Shown here piece after piece: positions 24,958-37,751 of a DNA stretch of 64,000 nucleotides (its first letter is position 1; every line of letters begins with the position of its first letter). The notes below the pieces were generated by a model. That model worked only from the letters and a program-made list of their open reading frames with translations. It was not told the DNA's origin and did not search any database. Source of the stretch: Octopus sinensis. Taxonomy: Eukaryota. The position numbers and the translations under genes were made by a program. Where the stretch lies: positions 40,858,001-40,922,000 of the forward strand of contig NC_043009.1 in the NCBI RefSeq assembly GCF_006345805.1, read 5' to 3'.

Positions 24958-25120
24958 CTGTATTTTAATGTCAATAAGGAAGCCCACTAATTCTTGGGGC
25001 TTAAAATTTGGGAAAAAGGTTTTGAAAGGGATTATAATACTATCCATGTATAAGAAACTCCCATATTTTTTTAACCTAATTTTTGACAAAAAAGGGTTCC
25101 TTATACACATTAAAATACAG
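24958..25120. mobile_element. Tc1/mariner-superfamily MITE
   Basis: TA|ctgtattttaatgtcaataaggaagccc ... gggttccttatacacattaaaatacag|TA: ~28-bp TIR with TA on both sides. Confidence 0.8.
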
Positions 25121-25503
25121 TAACTTTTAGCACATTGTTTTTTCTCCAGAATTGTTTCCCTTGCCACTGCCCCCACAGCTACAGGGGAGGCAACTCATGC
25201 CACAACATAATGTACTTACAGTGTGTTAAAGGTTAACATTATATTTGACAGGGTAATCTGAATCTTCAACTCATGGCACTGTTGATGGTCATTGTAGCTT
25301 AATTTTTACCAAAGGTTATTGATCTCTCTTGTATTATCTGCATTCACTATTGCCACAAGCATGGCCTTGTAGTTAAGAATTTATTCCTTGGTTGAATGAT
25401 TTTCAGTACAGCCTCAATGTTTACTAATTTGGGTAATATATATGTGCATGTGCAAAAGCATGCATGTGTTGTTTGTGTCTCTTTTCCTTGGTATTGTGTG
25501 ATA

Positions 25504-25878
25504 TTAGGTTGTTCTGAAAATAATGACCAATTTCAGAAACATCATTTTATTCTGGAAAATTTCACAATAGAAATGTTTTGATTAGTCAAAGTACGAGTTG
25601 CGAACATCTATGCATCTCTACCACCGATCAACGAGATTATTTATGCCTCGTTGATAAAAACTTATTGGCTTTGATGCTAAGATATCTTTGAAAGCTGATC
25701 CTACCTCGGGTTTGGAGTTTTAATCACTTAAAAACATGTTTAAATGCTTAAAAAAATGGTAGTCAGTGGGTGGAAGATCAGGAGAATATGGAGGATGTAG
25801 TAAAGTATCGCATTCCAAGTCTGTTTCTGCAGCGTCATTCTTGCAACATGTGGCTTTGCATTATTGTGGAGCAGAAGT
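25504..25878 (-). mobile_element. 3' fragment of a cecropia-like mariner
   Basis: The - strand reads LLHNNAKPHVARMTLQK...(frameshifted YSPDL region)...GINNLVDRW*RCIDVRNSYFD*. An Hsmar1-like end ta|ttaggttgttctgaaaataatgacc lies at 25502-25533. Confidence 0.8.
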
Positions 25879-25889
25879 GGACCACACCG

Positions 25890-26470
25890 ATTCCATAAAG
25901 TCTGTGTGAGATGGGTGCCAAGAGAGCATACCACAGCACATAAGGAGTTTAGTGAGAGGCCTGGATCCATCATTTTGAATCAGAATCCAAAAAGCAGAGT
26001 ATGGATTGGAAACACCCAAAATTGTCAGTAAAAACGAAATTCAAGACTTAACCTTCCACAGAAAAAATTATTCTAACCATTTTTAGGGATGTAAAAGGGC
26101 CTATACTGGAACATTACCAGGAAAAGGGCTCTATAGTCACCAATGTAGTCTACAGTGAAATGCTGGCCAACAAACTGAAAACAGCAAATGCCGTGTTCTA
26201 TTGTCAAAGCAAGTATTATTGTTTGTACAGCAATTCACACCCACACATGGCCATCCACTCTATTGAAACCATTGAAACATTGGGATTTGAGTTGCTGTAA
26301 CATCCTGCATACAGTCGAGACCTCACTTTTCCATGCTTGCATGGATTTGAAAGGACTTTCGGAGAGTCTTATGACTGGATACCCTTATGGACAGCAACCC
26401 TTTCAATCTGGACACATAGGGATATGGTGTGCATGTTCTAAAAACTGGGATCAATACAAAAATGCATATT
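25890..26470 (+). mobile_element. Fragment of a second mariner family (internal deletion, frameshifts)
   Basis: FHKVCVRWVPREHT, HFESESKKQSMDWKHP, KGPILEHYQEKG, GFELL*HPAYSRDL: decayed WVPREL, HYEPESK and YSPDL motifs. Confidence 0.8.
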
Positions 26471-26605
26471 TTAATTGATTGTTTATGGTGATATTTTTAT
26501 AGATAACAGGGTTCTTATGGGGTTCTGAAAGACATGTAGAATTTGCCATATTCCATGACTATAAAAGTGGAAATCAAAGTGCAAGTATGCTAAAATTATC
26601 ACCAC

Positions 26606-26642
<37 letters not shown>

Positions 26643-26752
26643 GAGTGAGAGAGCTGCACATGCCATCAAAGTGACACTGGGGTAAAATATACAAAGCCCA
26701 GTGTACCTATCATGACTACCCATCTGATAAGGATACAGAAGGCACATCATCA

Positions 26753-26789
<37 letters not shown>

Positions 26790-26791
26790 CA

Positions 26792-26849
<58 letters not shown>

Positions 26850-26852
<3 letters not shown>

Positions 26853-27960
26853 GGCAGTGAGTTGGCAGAATCATTTGCAAGTTGGGCGAAATGCTTAGCA
26901 GTATTTCATCTTTTTCTTTTTTTTTTTATCTTTTTCTTTTAGATAAATAATTATGTACGTTATTTACATTTGAGGGATATTTGTCCTCATCTTGTTTGGT
27001 GTTAACACAACGTTTCGGCTGATATACCCTCCAGTCTTCATCAGGTGTCTTGGGGAAATTTCGAACCTGAGTACTCATTCCTAAGTATAGTATCTTTCAA
27101 TTTTATTATTATTATTATTCAGCTCACTGGGCAGCATTTTGTTTGTCTTTACGTTCTGAGTTCAAATTCCGCCAAGGTTGACTTTGCCTTTCATCCTTTC
27201 AGGGTCAATAAAATAAGTAACAGTTGGACACCGAGGTTGATGAAATCGTTTTATCCCCTCCTTCAAAATTGCTGCCCTTGAGGTAAAATTTGAAACCGTT
27301 ATTACTATTATTATGATTTAGGTGGTGGGCTAACAAAATCGTTAACAAGACGGCGAGCTGGCAGAAATGTTAGCACGCTGGGTGAAATACTTAGCAGTAT
27401 TTTGTCTGCCGTTACGTTCTGAGTTCAAATTCCGCCAAGATCGACTTTGCCTTTCATCCTTTCAGGATCGATAAATTAAGTACCAGTTACGCACTGGGGT
27501 CGATGTAATCAACTTAATCCATTTCTCTGTCCTTGTTTGGACTAACAAAATCGTTAGCAAGGCGGCGAGCTGGCAGAAATGTTAGCACGCTGGTGAAATA
27601 CTTAGCAGTATTTTGTCTGCAGTTACGTTGAGTTCAAATTCCGCCAAGGTTGGTTTTGCCTTTCATTCTTTCAGGATCGATAAATTAAGTACCAGTTACG
27701 CACTGGGGTCGATGTAATCCACTTAATCCCTTTCTCTGTCCTTGTTTGTCCTCTCTATGTTTAGCACCTTGTGGACAATAAAGAAATAAGAATCGTTAAC
27801 ATGCCAAGCATAATGTTAGCAGCATTTAGTCTATCTCTACGTTCTGAGTTCAAATTTTACTGAGGTTGACTTTGCCTTTTATCCTTTCGGAGTCGAAAGA
27901 TTAGTCAATAACTGGGGTTGATGAAATCCACTTTCCCCTCCCCACAAAATTTCAGTTCTT
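26850..27960 (+). mobile_element. Cluster of SINE family C (aaggcggcgagctggcagaa...ttctgagttcaaattccgcc...(ATT)n)
   Basis: B-box-like gagttcaaattcc. Other copies at ~620-1000(-), 2990-3200(-), 13420-13720(-), 18080-18320(-), 19440-19830(-), 22710-22925(-), 37450-38150(-). Confidence 0.8.
27004..27049 (-). ncRNA. Minimal type I hammerhead ribozyme-like motif (Penelope-associated type)
   Basis: RNA gacac-CUGAUGA-A-gacugg(agggua ua)ucagcc-GAAA-CG-UU^guguu: intact core, 5-bp stem I, stem II with one mismatch, ACGU palindrome at stem III. Confidence 0.65.
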
Positions 27961-28729
27961 GTGCCTATAGTAGAAAGGGTTATTATTATCATCACTATTA
28001 TTATGATTGCTGTTGTTCTTGTTGTCGTTATGGCAGGGCTGTTTGACAGGGGCTCCTCTGGGAGTTCACTGTCTTTTGTTTACACGCACTTGTTAAGGAA
28101 CAATCTCAACCCGAAAAACAAACAAGCCAGACAAACTAACTGGTTCTCCACTGAAACTAGTGGTGTAGTACCAAACAGACTGGTAACATAATCCCCCGGA
28201 GACTTATATAGGCTGGTGCACAATATGATCAGAGGCTTTTGTTCAGGACAGGTACAAAGAAGGTGGGAGGATGGGGTGGGTGTCAAACAAAATAACTAAA
28301 ACAGAACCAGGCCCCTCACATACACACCAGACAGAATGTTTCTTAAAAAATTGTCAAAACAAACCAAAAAAAAAAAAAAAAAAAAACTAAAAAAAAATTG
28401 AAGTTATAATACATGGATTGTGTCAATTAATTCCTTTCAGATTAAAAGAACAAAAAAGTAAGAAAAAAACCAAATTTTAAAAAAATTAACAGCAAAAATT
28501 GCAAACATGCAAGTGTGGTGGTGCTAAGAAGAAGAAGAATGAGATCTTTAGAAGATACCAAAAAAAAAAAAAAATTTGATAGCATCTTCTTTCTTTAGGT
28601 TGGATCTTTGATAGCAAAATGAACTGAGATAAGCGGTGGATGTTTAAAAGAGAATTAACTTGTAACTCTTGGTAAAATAAATGAAATGAAGACATGAAGC
28701 TAGATTTGAAGAAATTTATCTCAAAGTAG

Positions 28730-29097
28730 AGAGGAAGGATGGTGGTGGAAGAAACTGACAAAACAGGAAAGAGGAGGGAAAGGAAAGAGAGGAGGGGGAG
28801 GGGGGAGAGATGAGAGAGGGAGAGAGAGAGAGAATGAAAGTACAGAGATAGAGGAGAACCAAAGCCTCGACAGAACCTGATCTAATAAAACTCTGATACA
28901 AGGAATGGAGAGAGAGAGGGGGGACAAGGAAGGAAGGAAGGAAAGGTGGATGGATAGATAGATAGATAAATAGATAGATAGATGGATGGAAAAATAGACA
29001 GAAAGCAGATAAATGGATAGATAGACAGACATACAGATAGACAGAGAGATAGATAGATAGATAGAAAGAGAGAGAGATATGGATAGATAGTTGGATG

Positions 29098-29135
<38 letters not shown>

Positions 29136-29175
29136 AAGAGAGAGAGAGAGATATGGATAGATAGTTGGATGGATG

Positions 29176-29217
<42 letters not shown>

Positions 29218-29417
29218 AAGAGAGAGAGAGAGATATGGATAGATAGATGGATGGATAGATAGATAGACAGACAGACAGACAGGCAGGCAGGTAGGCAGAC
29301 AGACAGACAGACAGACAAATAGATAGATACATAGAGAGAGAGAGAGAGAGGGATGGATGGATGGATGGATGGATAGACAAATAGATAGATAGATAAATAG
29401 ATAGATATAGATAAATG

Positions 29418-29449
<32 letters not shown>

Positions 29450-30098
29450 TAGTTAAATAGATATATAGATAAATAGACAGACAGACAGACAGACAGAAAG
29501 ACAGACAGATAGATAGATATAGATAGATAGATAATTTGGTTGAAAGTTAGACAGATGGATAGATATGTAGAAAGATAAATATAGAGATAGACAGAGAGAG
29601 AGAGAGAAAGAGAGAGAAAGAGAGAGAGAAAGAGAGAGGGGTGGGCAGGAAAAGAGAGTGAGAGACTATGTGTATGTTGTGGAAAATGATGGAGACATTT
29701 CTGGTGTTGTTGTTGCTGTTGTTTTTGGTTGTGTGCCACCCAGCAAGATGGTGATAATGGGAAACAATGGGGCTTGATAGATAGATAAAACAGGGAACTC
29801 TAGAAGGGACTGTGTTTGCTCCATGGCTGAATGTAGTGTGTACCGATACTTCTGGTTGAAAGATGTGTGTGTGAGAGTGTGTGTGTATGGGTGCATGTGT
29901 GTGTGTGTTGAGTGCTGGAATGTGAGGGGCTGGGCTTATGTATGTTTATGGCCCTCTATTTTGATATGAGTATAGATTATATATATATATATATATATAT
30001 ATGCACGCACACACACATATATATACTTGTATATTTATATATATTTATAAAATAATATATATATATATATATGCACACACACACACACATATATATAC

Positions 30099-30161
<63 letters not shown>

Positions 30162-30442
30162 CATACATATATAAATGCAGGTGTATGTGAATATGTTTGT
30201 GTGTGCGTGCATGTGTGTAACCGAAGATATGAATCATACATACACAGAGGTTCCACAAATAAGTGTTTTGGTATATTCAGGAAGAACACAAAAAATAACT
30301 ATAGGAATGCAAGTTTACATACACAGAGAGACAACCAAAATCATATGTAAGTGTATATATAAATATATACATGTGTGTATATATATATATACATATATGT
30401 ATATATATATATATGTATGTGTATATGTATATATATATATAT

Positions 30443-30476
<34 letters not shown>

Positions 30477-30593
30477 GTATGTATGTGTGTGTGTGTGTAT
30501 ATATATATATACACACACACATGTATATATAAATATATTTGTATTCATGTGTGTGTATATATACATATATATATATATGTATGTAGACATATA

Positions 30594-30626
<33 letters not shown>

Positions 30627-31242
30627 GTATACATATATACCTATGTGTGTGTATATATATATATGTATATCTACGTGAATGTGTGTATGTATATATATAT
30701 ATATATATAATATATATATATGTATGTATGTAACTCTATATGCAATTCTATGCAGACACATTACGGCTGTGTGTATGCATGTAAATGCATGTAAAGGTGT
30801 GTATGTAGTGTGTAATGTGCGTAGTGTGTAGTGTGGAGGCGGAAACTTCTGTATACACAGGTGAGGTGTGAGTAACCAGCAACAGAAATAGAAAGAAGCG
30901 TGTGAGTGTGTGAAAGAGAAAGCGGGGTGGGTGGGTATATGTCCAAGACTATATGTAAGAAATGAGTCGACGGCGGGGGTGAGGAGGTATGACAGATAGA
31001 AATGACACCACTTGCAGAGGAAGAGGTAAGACATGTCAAGCTGAGAGAGAGAGAGAGAGAATCCCCAAGTCTTTGAAGTCACAGTCAGTTTTCTCAAACA
31101 AAAGTAAATAGATTTAAATAAATAGAAAGAAGGATCTCAGAGCCGGAGTGCAGGGAGTGGAGAGGCTCGGTCTAGTTTGATTTTCTAAGATAACGACAAC
31201 TCCTCCACCCACTTCTTCCCTATCTCTCCTGAATGCCTGGGG

Positions 31243-31298
<56 letters not shown>

Positions 31299-31486
31299 TA
31301 CATACACAGAGAAAGAGAATGGGTATCTCTGTCTTTGACTCACTGCCATACCCTGTAATGTGGAAGCATCTATTAAAATGCCATCTCTTTTGTTATTCCT
31401 AGAATAAACAAAAGCATCAAGAATTGCGAGGGGGAAACAGTTAATTTCACTGTTATGGTTTAAAATACACAACTGCTGTACATTTT

Positions 31487-31535
<49 letters not shown>

Positions 31536-31560
31536 TATATCATATATATATATAAGTTCA
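28730..31560. repeat. Microsatellite field: polypurine (GATA)n/(GGAT)n/(GA)n at 28730-29660, then (TA)n/(TG)n
   Basis: Direct inspection; source of the long low-complexity track ORFs. Confidence 0.95.
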
Positions 31561-32846
31561 GCAAAAATTTAGATTCAAATGAATATGGTACTTAATTTAG
31601 ATGTACCAGAATCTTGTATGGTGTTATCCATAAAAATCCGTGGGGTGATTATAATCAGAATAAGCAACAAGAATGACTCCGGTGTGCATATATATATATA
31701 CATGCACACACACACACACATGTACATATAGACATCTACATACATATGTGCATATATCTATAAATATGTAAGTGTGTACGTTTATCTCATGACTTGAGTT
31801 TCACATCAGTGCAATCTTCAGGTGAGTGTATTTGGCTTCAACATGTGTACTGAGCACTGCTTTTCCCGTTCGACAAAATTCAATAGTTGTTGTATTCTCC
31901 TTCTCCTCATTATCATCATCTTGTTTTAATTCCCACTTTCCTATGCTTGCAAATGAGCCAAACGGAATTTCTTGAGGCAGGTTTTTCTCTATGGCCAGAT
32001 GCCCTTCGTATCACCAACCCATACCTGTTCCCATGCAAGTATTTCCAATATTAACTCAAGGCTCTGGCATGTCTCCACAGAAGACTGGAATTGAATGGTA
32101 CTGCTTGCATAATGGTGGTACCTGTTCACAACCATCACAATGTCAAGACAAGACACAAACATGCATACCCTTCCACACACACACACTTCGTTCAGTTTCT
32201 GTTGACCAAATCCTCTCACAAGGCTCTGATTGGTCCAGGGCTAAAGTAGAAGAAACTTGCCTGAGATGCCACACAGCAACATTGGATCTGAAACCACATG
32301 GCTGGGAAGTAAATATCTTAACCACTCCACCAACAACTAAGAAGTATATCTGCTTTCACTAAGGAAGTATAAAAACGGTTGAAGAATGACCATTGCTTTC
32401 ACTAACTAGCTTTTATGATGAGATCCACACACAGATGTTTGCTAAAAAAGATTTCAATTATTATAGCTGATTGGAGTTATTTCCCTTGTTTTGCCGTTTT
32501 AGACTGAAAATACACTATTTTAGCATAGACATACATACACATAGTCACACAAATACACACTGACACAGGCATACGTATACATTATCATACCTGCAGAGTG
32601 GTTGGTGTTAGGAAAGGCATCCAGTTATAAAACCATGTCAAAACACACCCAGAAGCATGGCTAGGCTCTCGACTAGCCAGTTCCTGACAATCTGTCCAAC
32701 CCATGCTAGCATGGAAGGAGGACATATGAGGATGATGATGATGATGATGATGATGACGACACACGCTATGCCATAGGTTGCATATTTGATATACTTGTTA
32801 ATTTTGGAAGTAACTTTAAAGCCAAGTACAGACAATATTAAAAATT

Positions 32847-33560
32847 AAGTACATGCTACATGAGAGGACTATGGTGGCCCTGTAGTGTCAAAGACACACA
32901 CAATACATATGAAGACTATGGTAGCACAATAGTATCAATGCTATGTACACACTACATAAGAGGACTACAATAGCCTTGTAGTGTCAAAGTTAAATACCAA
33001 TACATAAGAGTACTATGGTAGCCTGATGGTGTCAAAGTACATGCTATATGAGAGGACTATGGTGGCCCTGTAGTGTCAAAGACACACACAATACATATGA
33101 AGACTATGGTAGCACAATAGTATCAATGCTATGTACACACTACATAAGAGGACTACAATAGCCTTGTAGTGTCAAAGTTAAATACCAATACATAAGAGTA
33201 CTATGGTAGCCTGATGGTGTCAAAGTACACGCTACGTAAAAGGATTATGGTAAACCTGTAGCATCAAAGACAAACATGCACAATGCAAGACAACTGTGGT
33301 AGGTTTGTCGTGTCAAAGCTAAATACACACTATGCAAAATAACTATGGAAGCCTAGTAGTGTCAAAGTAGTGTAGACACTACCTAACAGCAGTATGGTAG
33401 CTTAGTGGTGTTGATGCTAATTACACACTACATGCGTGAACTATGGTAGTCCTGCAGAGTCAAAGTTATGTACATGCTATATAAGTGGACTATGTATGGT
33501 AGCCCTGTAGTGTGTAAGCTATATACACACCACATAAGAGGACCATATTAGCCCTATGGT
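32847..33560. repeat. Minisatellite of ~45-48-bp monomers with a 188-bp higher-order duplication
   Basis: Monomer ~ctatggtagcc.gtagtgtcaaag..tacacactacataagagga. A near-exact 188-bp repeat starts at 32847 and 33035; flanking monomers are more diverged. Confidence 0.88.
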
Positions 33561-33585
33561 ATCAGAGTTATGCAGACACACCGTG

Positions 33586-33845
33586 AGTGGAGGTGCATGG
33601 CTTAGTGGTTAGAATGTTGGACTCATGATCGTAAGATAATGGTTTCAATTCCTGAACTGAGCAATGCATTGTGTTCTTGAGCAAAACACTTCATTTCGCG
33701 TTGCTCCAGTCCACTCAGCTGGCAAAAGCGAGTAATCCTGTGATGGACTGGCGTCCCATCCAGGTGGGGAATTTATACACCACAGAAACAGGGAAACCGA
33801 CCCATATGAGTCAGTATGACTCGAGAAGGTAACTTTGCCTTTACC
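33586..33845 (+). mobile_element. tRNA-headed SINE with a V-SINE-like central domain
   Basis: tRNA-like head, then gtgttcttgagcaaaacactt...cctgtgatggactggcgtcccatccagg, resembling V-domain SINEs as I recall them. A relative lies at ~56205-56470. Confidence 0.55.
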
Positions 33846-34421
33846 TTTAGACTCTACTACCTGAGAAGACTCTCATGATACCACATGTATTATTGCCAAA
33901 CTTAAATGCTACCAATGATGGGCTAGCAGAATCCTAACAGCATTGCAAAAACGAAAAATAATACAGGGGAAAAAAAAAAAAGGATCTTGATGTTTAGTTT
34001 TGGGGGGGAGTCCAAAACGTGCTGTGGTGAAGCACACTGCTCTTCATTATTCTTAGGTTGATAAAATAAAGTACCAGCAAAGTACCAGGGGGGGGGTAAC
34101 ATTGCTGCAAAGCATCCAAGATGAAAGTTGAATTTAAAAAAAAAAAGATAAAAAGATGTTTGCATATTTGAAGTGCAAGAAAAGCTTCATAAATAAAAAT
34201 ATAAAATTAAAATTCTTTTCAAATAATTGAAGTATTTTTCAGAATGATACTAATTTCCATTCCATTTTCTATTATATATATATATATACACACACATATA
34301 TATACATACATATATACATATGTGTGCATGTATTCATATACATATATATACATATTTATATATGTATGTATGTATCTATGTATAAGTATGTATACACACA
34401 CACACACACATCTACACATAC

Positions 34422-34458
<37 letters not shown>

Positions 34459-35049
34459 CATATGTGTGTGTAACAGAAAAGATAGCAGAAATTAGTATCG
34501 TTATAAGAAACTTCAATTATTAACAAAAAAAAATTAATTTAATACTTTTCTTTTTTTTCTCTTTTACAACTTTACTTAAACACATACACAAAATAATTGT
34601 AAATATATATATATATATATATAATCTGACATAAACATGGTGATACATACACACATACACACTGACATGCACATACAAACATATACACATCCTGACACAC
34701 ATTTCAAGACACTTAAACCTGCATAAACAGGCAACACACACAAACACACGCTCACTTCTTTGCTTGCTAAGAAGAGGAAAGAGAAAAATCTGTATGCGCA
34801 TGACTATTAGCATTTAAACGTGTCGATGAGCATATGCATATATATATAAGGGTGTACATGTGTACATTTGTATATGTGTGTGTGTGTGTGTGTGAGAGTG
34901 TGTAAAGGTATGTGTATGTATATAGGCTGGTGTGTACGTGTGTGTGTAGATATGTGTGTGCATGAGTATTGTTAGCAGTGTGTGTGTGTTTGTTTGTTTT
35001 TTTACTGAAGGATCATGGGACTAGCCATAGGCAAAAGAAAACATAACTA

Positions 35050-36254
35050 CACTAAGTGATGATGACGATGGTGATGATAATGTTGATGACAATAGTGGTG
35101 GTGATGATAGCGGTCGTCATGGTAATGGAGGTGGTGCTGCTGATGACGATGTCAATGATGATGATGATGATGATGATAATGACAATAGTGGCGGTGGTTG
35201 ATAGTAATCATCATGGTGCTGCTGCTGATGATGATGACGATGGGGCAGCGGAAAACTGTGGAGGTGGTGGTGGTGATGATACTGGTGATGATTATGATGA
35301 CAACGCTGACAATGGAGGTGATGACGATAACAATATTGGTGAATGTGGTAATGGTGGTGACAGTGAAGACTGATGCGGACAATGATGGCGATGATGATTA
35401 CAATGATGATATCAACAGTGACCAGAATGATGATGATGATGATGAAGAGAATCATCCTCATCCTCCTCCTCCTCATCATCATCATCATTAACAAATTCAC
35501 CACCACCACCACCACCACCATAACCATCATCACATCATCATCATCCTGATCATATTATCATCATCATCAACACAAATATCACCATCACCACTGCCATGAC
35601 CACCACCACCACTGTCACTACCAGTATTGCCGCCGCTACAAAGACCACCACCACCACCACCACCACTACCACCCACCGCCACCACAACCATCATCACCAT
35701 CACATCATCATCATCATCACCACAAATATCACCATCACCACTGCCATGACCACCACCACCACTGTCACTACCAGTATTGCCGCCGCTACAAAGATCACCA
35801 CCACCACCACAACCATCATCACCACCGCCACCACAAAGATCACCACCGCCACCACAACCATCATCACCATCACATCATTATCATCATCATCCTGATCATA
35901 TTATCCTCATCACCATCACCACTGCCATGACCACCACTGTCACTACCAGTATTGCAGCCACCACCACCACCAACTACGCCACTACCACCACCACCAACTA
36001 CGCCACTACCACCACCACCAACTACGCCACTACCACCACGAGGTTGATGCCACAGCAACAACTACAATAAATGCAAAAAAAAAAACACAACAAATGATGC
36101 AACTGTGACGATGACAACGATGATGACCACCACCACTACCACCACCATCACAACAACAACAACAACAAGAGTAGCAGTACTGTTAACAACATCAATGCCT
36201 TTTCACTTTGAACTTCTGTTTTGCTTCTTATTTTTCTTTTGAACTAAAAACTAA

Positions 36255-36292
<38 letters not shown>

Positions 36293-36657
36293 ATGTGTGT
36301 GTGTGTGTGTGCATGTGTTTAGTAGAGCATTGTATGTACGTGTGTGTGTGTGTAAGCACATATATACATGTACACACAAATATGTGTGTGTGTGTGTATG
36401 TATGTGTATGTAAGTACAAATACACATTTAGGGAAGTGTTGTAGTATTAGTATATATGCAAGTACGTGTTTGTATGTATATATATATACACACGTATAAA
36501 TATATGCTAATGTATATGCAAATAAGTTTATTAGGATGTGTCATGTGTGTGCATGTGTATGCCTGTGAGTGTGGGTGAGATAGAGAGAGAAAGAAAGAGC
36601 AAGGGAGATAGATAGATAGACAGAGAGATAGACAGATAGAAAAATAGATAAAGTGAA

Positions 36658-36692
<35 letters not shown>

Positions 36693-36746
36693 AAGAAAGA
36701 GAGAGAGAAAGAGAGAGAGAAAGAGAGAGAAAAGAGAGAGAGAAGA

Positions 36747-36792
<46 letters not shown>

Positions 36793-36793
36793 A

Positions 36794-36836
<43 letters not shown>

Positions 36837-36880
36837 AACAAAGAAATAAAGAGTGAGAGAATGAACAAGAGAGAGAAAGA
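35050..36880. repeat. Trinucleotide (GAT/GGT/CAC/CAT)n field with internal ~90-110-bp duplications, then (GT)n and (GA)n
   Basis: The block ...catcaccactgccatgaccaccacc...gtcactaccagtattgc occurs three times (~35580, ~35730, ~35910). Confidence 0.9.
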
Positions 36881-37680
36881 GTGCTATATGTTTTGCTGTT
36901 CTTCCTCGCAGGAATGGAATACCTATCCTCTGGTCAAACATACAACCGACTGCAGTGTAGGATCTGTAGTTCTCAACAGTATAGCTTCGACTGTTTCAGG
37001 CGTTGTTTTTCTGCTGAATAAACAAAAACCTACCGAAGTATGCAGCCGAGTTACCAGAAGCCAAACTCATGGACATACGAACATGCTCGCTCACAAACTG
37101 ACAGCAAGAATATCATCTGTCTCAAAAGAGGTTCGGTAGGTCAAAGAGAAAACACAGAAGATCATAGAAAGAAAACTCTTGCTTGCTTGCTTGTGTGCTA
37201 GGAGCTATGCTAAAACAACAGCAGCAGCAGTAGCAGCAAGTAGAAGAAGATGAAGAAGATGAAGAAGAAGAAGTGTCTAAAAATATAGATTCATCCTATC
37301 ACAGCAAGAAATATTGAAAACATTTTTCTTATGAAACATTGTTGTTTGTATGGTAACAATAACAACAACAACAAGTGGTGACTGGTGACCTTTATGCTTA
37401 GGGAACAACTACAACAACACAACAACAACAACAACAACAACAACAGTGACAATAATCCTTTCTGCTATAGGCACAAGGCCTGAAATTTTGGAAGGTGGGG
37501 GTGGTTAAGTCGATTACATCAAACCCCAGTACACAACTGGTACTTAATTTATCAACCCCGAAAGAATGAAAGGTAAAGTTGACCTCAGCCGAATTTGAAC
37601 TCAGAGCGTTACGACAGGCAAAATACTGCAAGGCATTTCACCCAGCAATATAATGATTCTGCCAGCTTGCCACCTTAATA

Positions 37681-37751
<71 letters not shown>

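Noticed and set aside
28716-31097. Long track ORFs of 200-285 aa (SIYL/IYIY repeats)
   Set aside because: They are translations of (GATA)n, (GA)n and (TA)n microsatellites, which lack stops in some frames.
32847-33560. Possible CRISPR-like repeat-spacer array
   Set aside because: The 'spacers' are themselves diverged copies of the monomer and are duplicated in blocks; there are no cas genes and the context is eukaryotic.
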